Source of the DNA: Antedon mediterranea
Taxonomy: Eukaryota > Animalia > Echinodermata
Reading direction: 5' to 3'
NCBI RefSeq assembly: GCF_964355755.1
Contig: NC_092676.1
Span: 5,805,888-5,869,887, forward strand
DNA length: 64,000 nucleotides
Below, piece after piece: positions 40,885 through 54,188 of this stretch (position 1 is the first letter of the stretch; every line of letters begins with the position of its first letter). The position numbers and the translations under genes are program-made. The notes under the pieces were generated by a model. It was not told the origin of the DNA. It made no database searches and saw only the letters and a program-made list of their open reading frames with translations.

Positions 40885-43350
40885 ATTTTTTTTTTTTATT
40901 CAGTATATTACACAGAGGCGCCTTACAAGATGGAACCACCTTAGCTTCAAGGCGCCTCAGATTAAAAAATACAACATTTTAAAACAACTAACAGAAACAT
41001 CAATTAAATCTTCCAGAATTAACAAGAAATTGTTGTACATAATACAATAATAAAGCATTTTCACAATTCGAAAGAAGATCGGAACCAAAAATAAAAATTT
41101 CACTTAAAAATGTAAAATTAAATGTTAAAGAAAAATTCTTGGCTAAGATATCCTCAATAATTGAGTTAGCGCTTACAAGTAGAATATCTCTTTGTGTATT
41201 ATAATTAGGGCAGTAACATAAGAAATGAAGCGGATTCTCAACAATAAAGCCACAAGTACAATTTGGATTGTCCCGAAGTCCATGTAAGAATAAATGCGAA
41301 TTGAGACAGCTGAAACCAAGTCGGATTCTAGTGTGAATTTGGTTAATCTTCTTATCACCTGTATCATAATAAGAACGTTTTTTTGTTTCAAACATATTGG
41401 ATTTCAGTAGCAATTTTTTAGGGTCTGTTTCTGCTGCATAACGCAATTTAACCGGTTATTTTAAAATAGATTAAAAATAGATAACAATAACAAGACCGCG
41501 TTTCTGCTCAATTTGTGCTCCGAAATAACCGGTTAAATCTATGGGTGGTCGTCGAGCAAAACGTCATCATTACCCAAAATGCAATACACTCAGACGGAAG
41601 TAGTAAGTTGGCTGTTTGTTTACATCGACGTCAGTACACACGTGTGTGATATCGCCATCTTAAACATGTTAACATAATAAAATGTTGTCTACAAGTTTTG
41701 TTTTTTGTAAAGCCTACTTACCATCGTTAATAAAATTAATTCTCATGGCGCCTTCAATAACACGGGGAGGGTCGTGCAGCGCCCGATCGCCTAGGATAAT
41801 TTTTATCTAGCCTAATTCCTCAACAAAGGCCCTTCCCACGTGAACGACTGTTGTCTTTCGCGAGCCCGGTCCTACAAAAAACCAAACGGAAACAAAAACG
41901 AGACTCAGAATGTTGCAATACCTACCAAACGAGAGTAGATATATTGTTAATTAATTATGAAACCCCAACTTTTATAGCAAAAATCGTCCGAATTTATGTT
42001 AAAAACGACGAGTTTAGCCACAAAAACTTAAATCAAACGAGAGTATCCAAGTCATAGAATAGGCCTATCGCACGCACATAGTGCCTTTAATAGAATAATG
42101 AGTATTAAACATTGTTTCGTATATTTATGTACTAACATAAATAATAACACATTTCTATGCTTAATAAAATCATATTTAATATATTATCAAAGGCTCTGAT
42201 AACCTTTGTTTTCGGTCGATGTGATGTTTTTCTAAACAAATTATATGTAAAACGATCAAAGTAAGATTGTTCATTGTTCTCCTATGAAAGGCACTAAGGC
42301 CGTGCCATAAATACGCTCGTTTGGATTAAGTTTTTGTTGCTAAATTCATCGTTTATAACATAAATTCGGATAATTTTTGCTATAAAATTTGGGTTTTCAT
42401 AATTAATTAACCATTATCTACTCTCGTTTGGTAGGTATTTGCAACATTCCGAGTCCCTTTTTTTTCCGTTTTGGTGTTTATTCCCTTCGCGAGCGTGTAC
42501 CTAATAACGCCTCAAATTGCTTAGCTTGGGTAGTCCCCGGAACTCCACCCCAAATTTCTATTTTACTTTCGCAAAAATGCTCTTATTTATTATCTGTGAT
42601 TCTTTTCTATTGCCTTCCATCCTTCCCCGTACTTTCTCTCCCCCCACAACTGAATAACATATCTTGTGATTTCATTCATCCACATACATGTTCACTTCTT
42701 CGTTCGACTGTCAAAACCACGAGGAAAACACACATCGTATGCGACGGTAGTATCTGACCCGGGGTCACAACTGTCAATCAAATAACCGTTATTTCGTGTT
42801 GCAGCTAAGAATTTCTCAGCGATAACCGGTTAAACGGCGTTCTAACACCGATTTAAATTGGTGTTTTTAACCGGTTATTTTGCGCTGCCTTTTAACCAGT
42901 TACCCCAAATTTGTCCTGTTTCTGCTGCCAAGAAAATGGAGTTAATTTATTCACACCGATTTTAATTTATTCACACCGATTTTAACCGGTTATTTTCTAT
43001 GCAGCAGAAACAGGCCCTTAAACTCAACAAGAAATGAGGAATTTTTTATTTCATTATTTAACTCATTCCAATGTGTTATAATAGATGGGACAAAAGATAA
43101 ACGATATGATGTGGTCTTACAAAATGGAATTATTATATTTCGGATGTTACGCAAGTTATAAACTTCAATATTGTCAGAGAAATTAAATAAGGAGTAAAGA
43201 TACACTGGTGTTAACTTATGAATCATTTTAAAAAGCAGTATTAGGTTAAGAAATTGTCTACGTTTTTCCAATGATAACCAGTCAAATTCTTGTCTTAATG
43301 CATTATGACTTGTATGTTTCCACGCACAAGTACATATTCTACCTGCAGAA
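40885..43350 (-). pseudogene. 5'-truncated LINE (CR1/L2 group) ORF2 C-terminus and 3' UTR, split by a DNA transposon
   Basis: Peptides LEKRRQF...LFKMIHKLTPVYL...YNLRN...SFVPSII..WN.L and IHTRIRLGFSCLNSHLF...NCTCG...E...HFL..CP.Y; 3' stem-loop gaggcgcctt/aaggcgcctc and A-rich tail. Confidence 0.85.
41421..43017. mobile_element. PIF/Harbinger-like non-autonomous element (1597 bp), TTA TSD, with internal ~180-bp inverted repeat pair (~41875-42045 / ~42310-42478)
   Basis: tta|gggtctgtttctgctgcata ... tatgcagcagaaacaggccc|tta. Confidence 0.88.
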
Positions 43351-43559
43351 ATCTGGAATATAATCATTAATGCCCCCTTGTAATTTTCAAGGCAACGGCT
43401 TTTTTTTTCGCCACATTTTTTAGCATCTTGTTTTCATAGGCTTTACACACATGAACGCCAGTACGAATAGCTGTCAATAACATATTAATATAATATGGAT
43501 AAAAGTGGAATTTGGCAACAAAAGGGCAAATAAGAATTTTGCGGTGTAAGCAAATGTCA

Positions 43560-43752
43560 GTGATGTATGCCTCACTGATCTGCAAAAAAGTACTATGTAA
43601 CAGTCAACAAACATATAATACTAGATCAAAAGATATTCTAAGTTTACATAAGGCAAACACTGAGTACAAAAAGAAAAGTTTCTCGTATTCTGGTATAAAG
43701 CTATGGAATAGTTTAAATGCTATAAAGTCAAATGCAATTACAGCTCCTGATA
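43560..43752 (+). pseudogene. LINE 3'-end fragment (YNTRSKDILSLHKANTEYKKKSFSYSGIKLWNSL), continuing at 47335-47570
   Basis: Typical non-LTR ORF2 C-terminal motif; 3' UTR part matches inverted copy at ~62477-62722 and ends in (TTA)n. Confidence 0.7.
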
Positions 43753-46700
43753 TAGTAGAGAGGCCAGATACACAAAAGTCCTCTATAAAAAGTTTGGGGG
43801 GCATTTTTTGTTAATAGCAGGCAACCATGTTGAATGTATCCTTTGTGGGGTGACAAAAACGATAGGGGTGGATGCCATCTTCAGTTTTGGGTTTTAAGGT
43901 CAGTTTATGTGGTCAAGAGGTTAAACAAGGTCAAAATATAGGATTTTTTTTTATTCACGGAAAATCATCTACATCATCAGATCTATCCAAAAAAGGTATA
44001 TCTGAAGATCAACTGATGCTTCATATTATAGTAATTATGAGATAAACATTTAATTTTACACATAAAAACATAGGAAATTAAATATAAAAGTGTCATTTTC
44101 TCAAAATGTTATTTTCACATATTTCTGTAAAGTACACACAGTTTTTTAATAGGCTTTTCCCAGTCTGTTGTAAATTTGTCTTTTTTATGTTGTCCACCAG
44201 TCATCGTTTTGATTTTTGTCGGAAAAAATAGAACAAGTGTTATATGTATGAAACGCCATATGTGCCAAAAGATTGGTCTTTTACTATAATATTAATATTA
44301 CCTATAATAATGTAATACAGTAATATTTAGAAATTTGTTTTTAGAAAAATTAATAATATTACCTATAATAATGTAATAATATTTAGAAATTTGTTTTTAG
44401 AAAAATTTCGAAAACAGAGACACCCTATATGACCTAATGTCGAGATGTTTTTGTTTGGGTCAGAGACCCCATATAATGTAATTATTTAAACATTTTTTTC
44501 ATTATTTCAATGATACAAGTTTTTATTGAAGTTTGTTGTTTCAAGAAATCTCGAAAGAGAAACCTGGGCATCGAGTCTTTGTTTTCAAAAACCCTGACTA
44601 TTGGACTTTATCAAGGTTGGAAGGAGTGGTAATTGGGGACTTCTTCTTGAGGCCTTCGCATCTATGCTATAATGGCTGACGGTGATAACAAATATAAAAC
44701 TCCTTAAGTAATTAAGAAGTCCTTTATACACATGGATAAAGACGGTTTTAACGTTATTTACAAACATTACGTTACGTAGGCCTACTGTGTCCAGGTATGA
44801 AATCCATTTCTCCCAAAAAGTAAACGCACTTGAAGAGGACAGCGTCATGCGACAAATCAAATTCCAGCTATCCATTCTTATTCATATGAAGATCGTTTAA
44901 AGTTGGCTTGGCCGAACAACCCTGTATGACAGACGAATTCATGGTGACTTGATTGAAAATTTTCAAAAGATTTCGAGGGTGTAGCCAAGGAAGACTTCCT
45001 TCAAATAAGATGCAATCTAAGCAGAAATACACAAGGATATCAGCTTAGACTTTTTAAACCTAAATTTCACAAAGGACTGATAGGAGATCCACTTTTTCAC
45101 AATTAGTAATTATATATTTTAATAGTTTGCCAACCAAAGTCGTCATTTCTGAAACCACCAACACATTTAAAAACCGATTGGATTCGTTATAGAAATTAGG
45201 TCAAAAGGGTAAACAAATTTACTATCAGAACCAATATTCTAAACACTGAGTGGATGATTGATCAATTCAAAATAGAATCATTGGTATAACAAGAAACGCT
45301 GTAATTCATTGATAGGTTCTGCATAACATGGTCAGACTGATCACAAATCACACATAATACACAATATTCTTTCGAACTGACAGATGATAAGGAAGATCTT
45401 ATATTTAAAGTAACAACTTATTGAAAGAAAGAAAAACAGTAGAACTTAGAACTACATGAGCCACTGAGAAAGCATTGCTCTAAACCTTTGCGGATTTCTA
45501 TAAGGCAACTGTTTCAATAAAGTATAGCCTATAAAAACTGACAGAAAATCTGCTGATGAACCATTGGAGTATGATCATAGCCCAATTTTAATATCTTTAA
45601 CCAAATATGACTTCACATATCTTGATGGATGGCGTCGAAATACCCACAGATGTTCCAGAAGAAAACTTACAGTAAAAACATGATGGTCATGCACTATAGG
45701 ATGCAGTAAACATGGCTGTAAACATTTGGTGACTATGCAAGTATTTATGCAAGTTACCTAGATATTTCATCATTTTGTTGTATTTGATCATTACATTGGA
45801 AAGGGGTGGATAAAAGCAGTGACACGATTGAAAGGATAGTCCCAATGTACTAATCTGTACTTCCGTATGTGTTTTGGGCCACACTCATCGGTTTGGAGGA
45901 GAACAAATATCACACAGTTTTTAGACATTCTTTATGTCAACAACAAAGAGCTTGCAATTATACATGAAAGTTGATGTTAATTAATGATATGCACTTTGTA
46001 ACAGTAGCCTTCAAAAGTATGGACGATGTCTGGTATAGTGAACAATAAAGTGGTTGAAAACCTATTAAGAATAATCTAACCAGCTTCCATGCCATTGCAG
46101 CACGTCATTATTTGCTGATTATGGGAAGAGGTCATACTGGAAATCATTTGTAACGCATCCACTCCTTGTAAATGGAATTGATTAAGATTAAGACTTTCCA
46201 CGTACAGTGTACACTAAAGTTTAATATTGCCAAATATATGGTACTCTTGAGCAGATAACTGTATAGACTACAGACTACTCTTTGGTGCTACCTCCATCTA
46301 GACTCAGTGACCATATACCATTAACACTAGTGATATATATTTCACTTCACTCAATAAATATTTAAGTACCTGTATTTCTACTTTGGGAAACACTTAAAAT
46401 TAAAAAAACTCACCTATGGTGAATACAGACATCATAGAACCTAAACATACGAGCCAACTATCAGGCAGAGATCAGGTTGTGGCCTTAATGAATCGGGTCG
46501 TTTGGAAGCCCCTAACCCAGTTGTCAGTTTGGAACTTGTTCCATGTGTATGTAAACTAAAGAGCCAGATGAAGTTGTTACAGAAAGCATGCATATGTGGT
46601 TGTGATTCAATCGTTTGCCGTTACCCAGATGGCCAGTATGCATTATATTATATATCAGTGCTTGAAGAAATACCCACCACAGAGCGTTACCTCCTTCCAT

Positions 46701-47334
46701 CCCAGAAAAACTTCGAATATTGGCATGTGCCCATGCCGCCCATTACTCCCAACCCACAAACCCTCTGTGACCGTTTTTAAATGAAATTTAAGACATTCCA
46801 GTAGGCCTCCAATTTCGGTTATTTTGATACTCTAGGACTCATCCTCTCCATTCCTTGAACACCTTCCAAGAGTGACTCAAAAATTTTAAAATCTTCCCAG
46901 TACAATTCTGATCTTTTTTATACCACACTATAACCATCAGCCCAAGGCTATCATGAAAATTATATTTATTTCAATTATTAATACCGATAATTAACAGTGT
47001 CTGTGCTCTATTTGACCTTATGACCTTGAAAATGACCTTTAAACTTGTAAGTTGAAAAATTGATGAACTTCACCATCTGCAGCAATATGTCAATAATGAT
47101 CCAATAATGGTTACATTTCTTTTAATTAGCTTATATGTTGTTGAAAACAGCTTAAACCTCTATTTTACCATATTTGACCTTATAACCTTGAAAATGACCT
47201 TTGACCTGAAATTTGAGAGCGGCATCCACCCCTATCTTTTTTGTCATCCCATAAGGGATATATTCCACATGGTTGCCTGCTATTAACAGAAAATGCCCCC
47301 CATGATGAAAAAGCTCACATTGGCCGCCCTACTA
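43753..47334 (+). mobile_element. Degenerate Academ-like DNA transposon (3582 bp), TSD ATA
   Basis: ata|tagtagagaggcc ... ggccgccctacta|ata; long subterminal inverted repeats (ggggggcatttt.tgttaatagcaggcaaccatg); cysteine-rich remnant LELVPCVCK...ACICGC near right end. Confidence 0.72.
44600..45190 (+). pseudogene. Decayed CR1-like LINE fragment nested in the Academ-like element
   Basis: Frame-broken motifs RRIHGDLIE, TQGYQLRLFKP, NSLP, FKNRLD. Confidence 0.6.
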
Positions 47335-50300
47335 ATATACATATATTAAAAAAAATAATAAATGACCAAAGATAAGATATGTACTTGAAACTCTATGTTT
47401 TTCATGAAATCATTTTTTTTTGTATAGTTTTTTTTAAATCATTATGTACTGTAAATGATAACTTGTGTAAATAGTTTTGTAGTAAGTAACAGCCTTGTGA
47501 AAAACACCAATATGGTGATCCAAGTGTTGCATCCGTTTTTAAATAAAGTTGTTATTATTATTATTATTATAACATAAAAAGGTCAGGATACCTGTATGTC
47601 CTAGCATGGGGGGGGGGGGGGGGAAATCCAGCATTATAGATTTGGTAGGGTGTGGAGATAACCAAACTATTTTTTCTATATTTCTTTTCTATATTTAGGC
47701 AAATTGCCAAGTATAACCATAAGCAAATTCAATCACTATCCTTCTTAAAGGTGGCAATCCGTTCACGAGACAAACATATACACACAATGCTCTACATAAA
47801 CAAATTCTTTATTACAAGTCTTTGGGAGTGGAGTTGTAAATTGTCATTAGAAAAAATCCTGACATCTGACAGGACTTGAACCCAGGACCCTTGGATTGGC
47901 AGCCAAGCATCATAACCACCAGGCCACAACTCCACTCCAAGGGAGCCTCCTAAATCGGCGCCTGTAAGTACACGTCCCTATTGTAGTTGGACTAGAATTA
48001 ACCACCCTAGCAATGAACGTGCTAATTAACAAGTACAGTAGTTAACACATACTTATACAAATAACATTAATTTATACTTGAAGTATATAACGTATATCTA
48101 TTTACAACTGAATAATGTTCACTTGAACCTTGTCAATGCTAAAGATATTTTGATTTGATGATTTTTGGATAAAAAATAAGTAAAATAAATATAAAAACAC
48201 TGCAAACACAATTATTGATAGGGCAGGATATTTCTTGAATAACAATCCAAACAAATCCATTGTACAATGAGGTGTGTAATGAGACGTACTTGGCGTTCCA
48301 TACTTGCATCGTGTGGTTGGCTGATGTAATCTTTGATTGCCAAACCTGTGTTATGTATTGTTATTGTTGCTTTAAAGTTGTTTTATAACTCATTGATTAT
48401 ATACTAGCATTTATTATTTAAGTCACACAAATATATTACAACTTATTTCAAATTAAGTCTAATTTATTTTAAAAACGTAATTGTAGATTTGAAATCTCAG
48501 ATTTAGATTAATTTATAGGGAAGCTAAGTACGGTATATCAAATCGCTATAAAAGTTTTAAAAAGGTAAAAAATGTCTCTGTAAGCTGATTAAAACAACCA
48601 AAATTGCCCTGAGAGCCAAAGCTTCCCTTGGCGACCCCCTGGCCCCCAGCCTACAGTTGCTCGCTGCGGTCGCAAAATAATTGGTGTCAAGAAAACCCCC
48701 CCTCTGATGCATTCTGGCTACGGGCCTGACAGTGTACTTCCAAAGAAGAGGTATTATTATTTCTCCCTCTTCACACCCTTTTCATGGTTTTATTTTCTGC
48801 TGTGCCTGCAAAATTATTGTTATTTTGATGTTGATCCAATAAAGATTAAAATTTTGAGTCACTTTCATTATTTGGAATAGGCTTCATACTATTCTATACC
48901 ATCACCATAAAAGTTTTAACAGTTAAACAATAGAGGGTGCTATTACTTTTATATAAATCACCTTAGAAGTATTGGCACTACATCCCAACAATAGAGGGAG
49001 CTATACTATAATTAACCAAGTATTCAATTTTTTCAATGTAATGTTTGTATTAAGTTCAGTTCAAACTTTTGGACACATATTTGAATACATTTTTTTTTAA
49101 CCTGTTTATTCAGTTATTAGCAAGATTTTTTTTTTTTGCTGATCAAAATTTTTATTTTCAGTAACTGCCTTCAAAAACATAGTTACTGCAGTAACTGCAG
49201 TAGAATACTTTTCAAATTAATCCTAATTCCTAAAAAATAGTTTCCATCACTTTATAGGATGGTGATGAATAACAAATTTTAATATAGAAAGATCCATTTA
49301 ATTCAAAATGTATTTGATACATTAAAAAGAAACTTGGATTAAATATAATATTACATATTTATATGGAAAGGGTTTTGACCGATTTAATAAACTGCCAGGA
49401 AATGAGAAGTGAATGTAGCTTAATTTGATATGCGTTTAATCCACATTCTATTCTCTATTAAGTTCATTAATAAATCAACATGACAGGTCGCAATGTTCTT
49501 AAGCCCTGTCTACACTATCAAACTAGTGTGATATGCCCAAACATGGTACTAATATGCTTAAATATGGTAGTAATATGACATCATCATGTCCATATACTGT
49601 ATGGGCACATCACATCTTGTTGTCACATAAAGTTTGATAGTTTAGACAGAGCTTTAGAAAATGTCTGCTACAAAGGAACATGTTTAATAAACTTTAATAA
49701 ACAAAATGTCAAGTTAAATGTAATTAATATCAAGACAATGCTTATCCTGCAAATACTACTGTATAAAATCATTTTTGTAATGATTTCTAGTTCCAGGTTA
49801 AGGCAGAAATCATGAATTAATAATTGCAAGATAATACCTATTTCTTAAGGTCTGTCTACGCTATCAAACTTTATGTGACAAAAATGGGATGTGCCCATAT
49901 ATGGACATAATGATGTAATATCACTACCATATTTGAGCACATCACACTTTTTTTGTCAAACTAGTTTGCTACTGTAGTATAGACAGAGCTTTACAGCTTT
50001 ACTCTCTCTCAACTATTATTAAAAAAACATGGATGTTGATGGGCATCGAATCCAGGGTTCCTGAAACTGAAGCCTATACCATAACAGTATACAAAACAAT
50101 TATGGAGAAGAAGTATCAAATTAATTAACTTATCCATTGAATTCGATAAAAAGTGATTAAATGTAACATGAACTTTATACGACATTGATATTATTTGAGT
50201 TATCTGAGATAACAATTTAAATTGAAAATGTTGTTTTCTTAGTCAACAACAGGGTTTATGTTGTTGCTGATTAACATACATTCTCAGTAGAGTTGAAGTA

Positions 50301-50423
50301 TACCGTACTGTCAATGCCAAACTCAATAAAATCATATACAACTCAACTCTCCCAATATCGGGCTCTGTGAAAACTGGAAACTCTCCCAACACCAGACTTT
50401 TCTTGAAGTCAACAGTCCCAAAT

Positions 50424-50740
50424 TTAATAATAATAATAATACCACATTTATATAGCGCCCTTTTCATGAGTAATCATGCTCAAAGGCGCTTTACAAGCAT
50501 TATTACCCCAGTATTTGTTTTGGGATCAAACACGTATGGAAACATACTCCCATAATGCAGCCGGTAACCAGCGCAAAGTTGTGTCTAGATCTCTGGGTAC
50601 CCATTTATACACCTGGGTGGAGAGAGGCAACGTAAGTAAAGTATCTTGCCTAAGGATACAAGCAATGCGGCGAGAGTTGGATTCGAACCTAGGTCTGACG
50701 ATCGGTAGTACAACGTCCAACACACTGCGCCACACGCCCT
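50424..50740 (-). mobile_element. tRNA-derived SINE, second full-length copy
   Basis: Collinear with 28105-28413. Confidence 0.85.
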
Positions 50741-51466
50741 TACTAATGAGACAGTCGCTGTAATACATAGTGTGTATGAATAATTGCGTTAAAACAGGTT
50801 TAAATAGTTTTTAGTTTGACATTATATTTTAAAGATATACGTACTATTCTATTGTTTATCTAAAGCTCTGTCTACACTATCAAACTTTATGTGACAAAAA
50901 ATGTGGTGTGCCTATTATATGGACATGATGATGTCATCACTACTATGTTTAAGAATATCACTACCATATTTGGGCACATAACACTTTTTTTTTGTCAAAC
51001 TAGTTTAATAGTGTAAACAGAGCTTTAGTAATTAGAAACAAATGGTTTGTTTATGAAACATGAATATCCTTGATTTCGACGATACATTACGCATTTTTCT
51101 TTTTGTCAAACAGGAAAAAGCGACATAGTGGACATCGTTCGATCGCTAAGCTTGCCCACATAACTATTTATTATTGTGCAACTAGATAGGCCCATGGGAG
51201 CGCTACCTGCATGTGACAGCCTATGTGATAGCGTTGATACAGTAGCTACCAGATTCAGAGATTCAGATTTGTTTGCGAAAAACCTAAACATCAACAACTG
51301 AGAGCAAAACAACATACTTTAAAAAAAAATGTCCGTTTTTTTTTCTAGTTTAACAAAGTTTCATAGAGTGTGGGTGGAGTTGGTGGACAATCGGAAATTA
51401 ATGGGATAATCTTCCACTTTCACTGACTTTTCTTTAAGCCCATGTACAATGAAATCCGACACTTAC

Positions 51467-51504
51467 GAGAGGTTTGCCCAACAGGATTTAAGGGCTTTAA
51501 GCAT
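51467..51504 (-). CDS. Weak candidate alternative 5' coding exon MLKALKSCWANL(S)
   Basis: ATG open to donor TC|gtaagt in phase 2; possible acceptor at 51525; could be chance. Confidence 0.25.
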
Positions 51505-51634
51505 CACATTGGCCTACTGCCAAATCTAAACAACTACAAAATGAACAGCAAGTTATCCTTTGAAACTGTGTAATCAAAGAAATTTTCTTTTGAAACTAGT
51601 ATCTAATGGGAGCTAGTAAGAATGGTTTAAAGAT

Positions 51635-52185
51635 ACAGTTTCTGTTGCAACATGGAATGGAAATCAATTTTCTGTAAAAATTATGGAATAAGCAACTTTC
51701 TGTTAAAATGAAAAGCAATAGTCTCTTGAAAATATGGAATTTAAACTAAGCAAAGGTTGTGTTAAACATAATTTTCTGTTGAAATTATTAAATGGAATTC
51801 AATTTTCTGTTGCAACATTGGAATGGAAGCAAGGTAAAAATAGGCTAACTGAAACATAATCTTTTGTTAAAACTATGGAATAAAATCTACTGTAGGTAAA
51901 GATAGACTGGATAACATAATTTCTGTTGAATCTATGAAATGAAAAGCGATAGTCTCTTGAAACTATGGAATGGAATTCAATTTTCTCTTGAAACTATGGA
52001 ATGAAATTCAATTTTCTCTTGAAACTGTGGAATGGAAATCAATTTTCTGTTGAAACTGTGGCTAGCTGAAACATAATTTTCTGTGGAATGAAAGGCAGGA
52101 TAACATAATTTCTGTTGAATCTATGGAATAAAAGTTAGGTAAAACATCGTTTCCTGTTGAAAATATGGAATGAAAGCTGGATAGA
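51635..52185. repeat. Degenerate ~31-bp tandem repeat (aattttctcttgaaactatggaatggaattc)
   Basis: Recurrent tttctgttgaaa.tatggaat units. Confidence 0.8.
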
Positions 52186-52235
52186 ATTGTATTCTTTTTC
52201 TGCAAATTTTGGCACAATTAATTTCAGTTTCTTAC

Positions 52236-52354
52236 CTTAAAGGTGGAGCGAAACGACCCCCACCAACTGAGTGCCGCTTATAGATACTGAAATTCACCTG
52301 GACACTTTTTTCTGTGACATTTTTTGGTTCAGTGCTTTTTAACTGATCAGCATC
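52236..52354 (-). CDS. TP53I11: TP53I11 distal isoform coding exon DADQLKSTEPKNVTEKSVQVNFSIYKRHSVGGGRFAPPL(R)
   Basis: Acceptor tttctttttatttggtag, donor AAG|gtaaga, 119 nt, only phase-0 frame is open; spliced APPLRKQSSGDL resembles human QPPPLMKKHSQTDL. Confidence 0.8.
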
Positions 52355-54134
52355 CTACCAAATAAAAAGAAATTTAATGCCACATAAATTAAAAGCAAAA
52401 AAATATATAGTCAAATTGGCTGGAAGTCAATGGGTTTTTGGTTGAATTTAACTGTTTATTTTGTCATTTTATAAGTGAAAACATGATTATTATTATTATT
52501 ATAAGTGATTACAATAAATCTTTAACTAAATAATGTGTACTGTAGGTAGGTAGGTCAAGTTCAATATTGAATATCGAAACGTGGCAGGCTGAAGACGCTT
52601 GACTTTTGACAAGATCGCCTAAATTTTTTAGTATATTAACTTTACAATACTTAGTGTTGTATATTCTGGTACAGCCGCTCCATAATCTCTTTGCTTTTCT
52701 TCCTTATATCTACTGTATATTGTTTTAAATTTATACTAACAAATATCTTTTTATTAATATTATAATAATAATAATATATCAACAATTTATTAAATAATAT
52801 TTATCGCATAATATACAATCTACGATAATTAAATTAATTTATTAAATAATAAGCAAATCACACATCTACGCATAATCAAACATCGTATACTCTATCTCTA
52901 ACAATTTTTTCAATCTTCTATCGACAAGCCGAAGTATAGTCGTTATCTCGCGACCGTTCTATGGTTACCACCAGTTAGGCTTACTTCATTAAGGCTTCTA
53001 TGAATGGATGTACTTGTTGGGAGCAGGAACGCTAGTAGACCAAACCCAGTACCGTTTTTTATTACGATCAATCGGGAAATTACCTCACGATGATAAATAT
53101 CTTTTAAAATTGCTCTTAATATTAGTTACTTTTGATTTTAATATTATATAGTTTTTATTTTAATCTTGTTCAACTGCATTGTTGTAAACTCTATTGTGTT
53201 TTTGTTTCGTAAACTTTAGCACACAAAACATCAAACGTAATGAATTCAGGTTATCTTTGATATATTACTAATGCAAATGTAATGATGCACATAATTAAAA
53301 TAATATTAAATAAATTAAATTACAAGCAATAGAAAATCAACAATAATGCCATTAAAAAAGATGCTACTATCTATAGTATTATGAGATGATGGATAATATT
53401 TAAATTATCAGCATATATATTACTTGCAATAAAATAGTAAAAACACAGTTAAAGCACATATTTAACACACAGTCACAGTATCTTTTCATCTGATTGGTTA
53501 ACTCAGTATCACATGCTGTAATTGTTCTATTGCATGTAAAAGTGATGTTGTTAATGGCGATATTGAATGATACTATTGAACATTCGAATTCTATGACTTT
53601 TAGGTAGTAATATCATTTTGTTTTTATTTTAATCTTGTTCAACTGCATGTTGCACTAAGCAACAATAAAGAATTCTTAAAATTCTGCCACATAAACTACT
53701 ACTGTGAAAAAACCTAAAAACATACATTTTATTTCCATAAAAAATGTAGATACTGCAGCAACTGCAGCAGAATTTTGATGTGATCCATAAATTGATAAAT
53801 TTAGTCAAAAGGCATATACTGTTACACAGCCTAATGAAATAATGTCCAAACTACTGTACCTCATACACTGACTGTAATTACCAGCTTGCAATGTATTCCC
53901 TCACAATATTGACCATAAAACGACCTACCGTAATAAGACTTATGCAAAAACTCCAAGCTAAAGGCACGAACGATACATCATTCAGAATTTAAGTACTTGC
54001 GTTAAAGTCACAAAATCAAATAAATCTAAAGATCCGACAAAATACAAAAATGTTCAAAGGCCGAGTAAAATCTATATCATGTATAGTACTTTCAAAAAAA
54101 TGATTGAACTAAATAATTAAAATGTACTACATAC

Positions 54135-54188
54135 CGGTTCAGTTTGATTTGCACTGTTAGACATTGCCGTTGCCGCCTTATCCACCAT
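54135..54188 (-). CDS. TP53I11: TP53I11 distal isoform start exon MVDKAATAMSNSANQTEP (exon extends to 54195); with 52236 exon gives predicted 250-aa isoform
   Basis: Acceptor tcttcttcgttacag, ATG 7 nt in, 54 coding nt, donor CCG|gtatgt, phase 0 matches 52354. Confidence 0.72.

Noticed and set aside
47860-47935. tRNA-Gly(GCC)-like gene on minus strand (also tRNA-like heads at 5457, 28340, 50670)
   Set aside because: Acceptor stem does not pair convincingly and sequences continue into repeat bodies; treated as SINE heads
51106-51315. Minus-strand ORF in phase with the 52236 exon
   Set aside because: No convincing phase-compatible donor and no similarity to TP53I11; cannot be supported without transcripts
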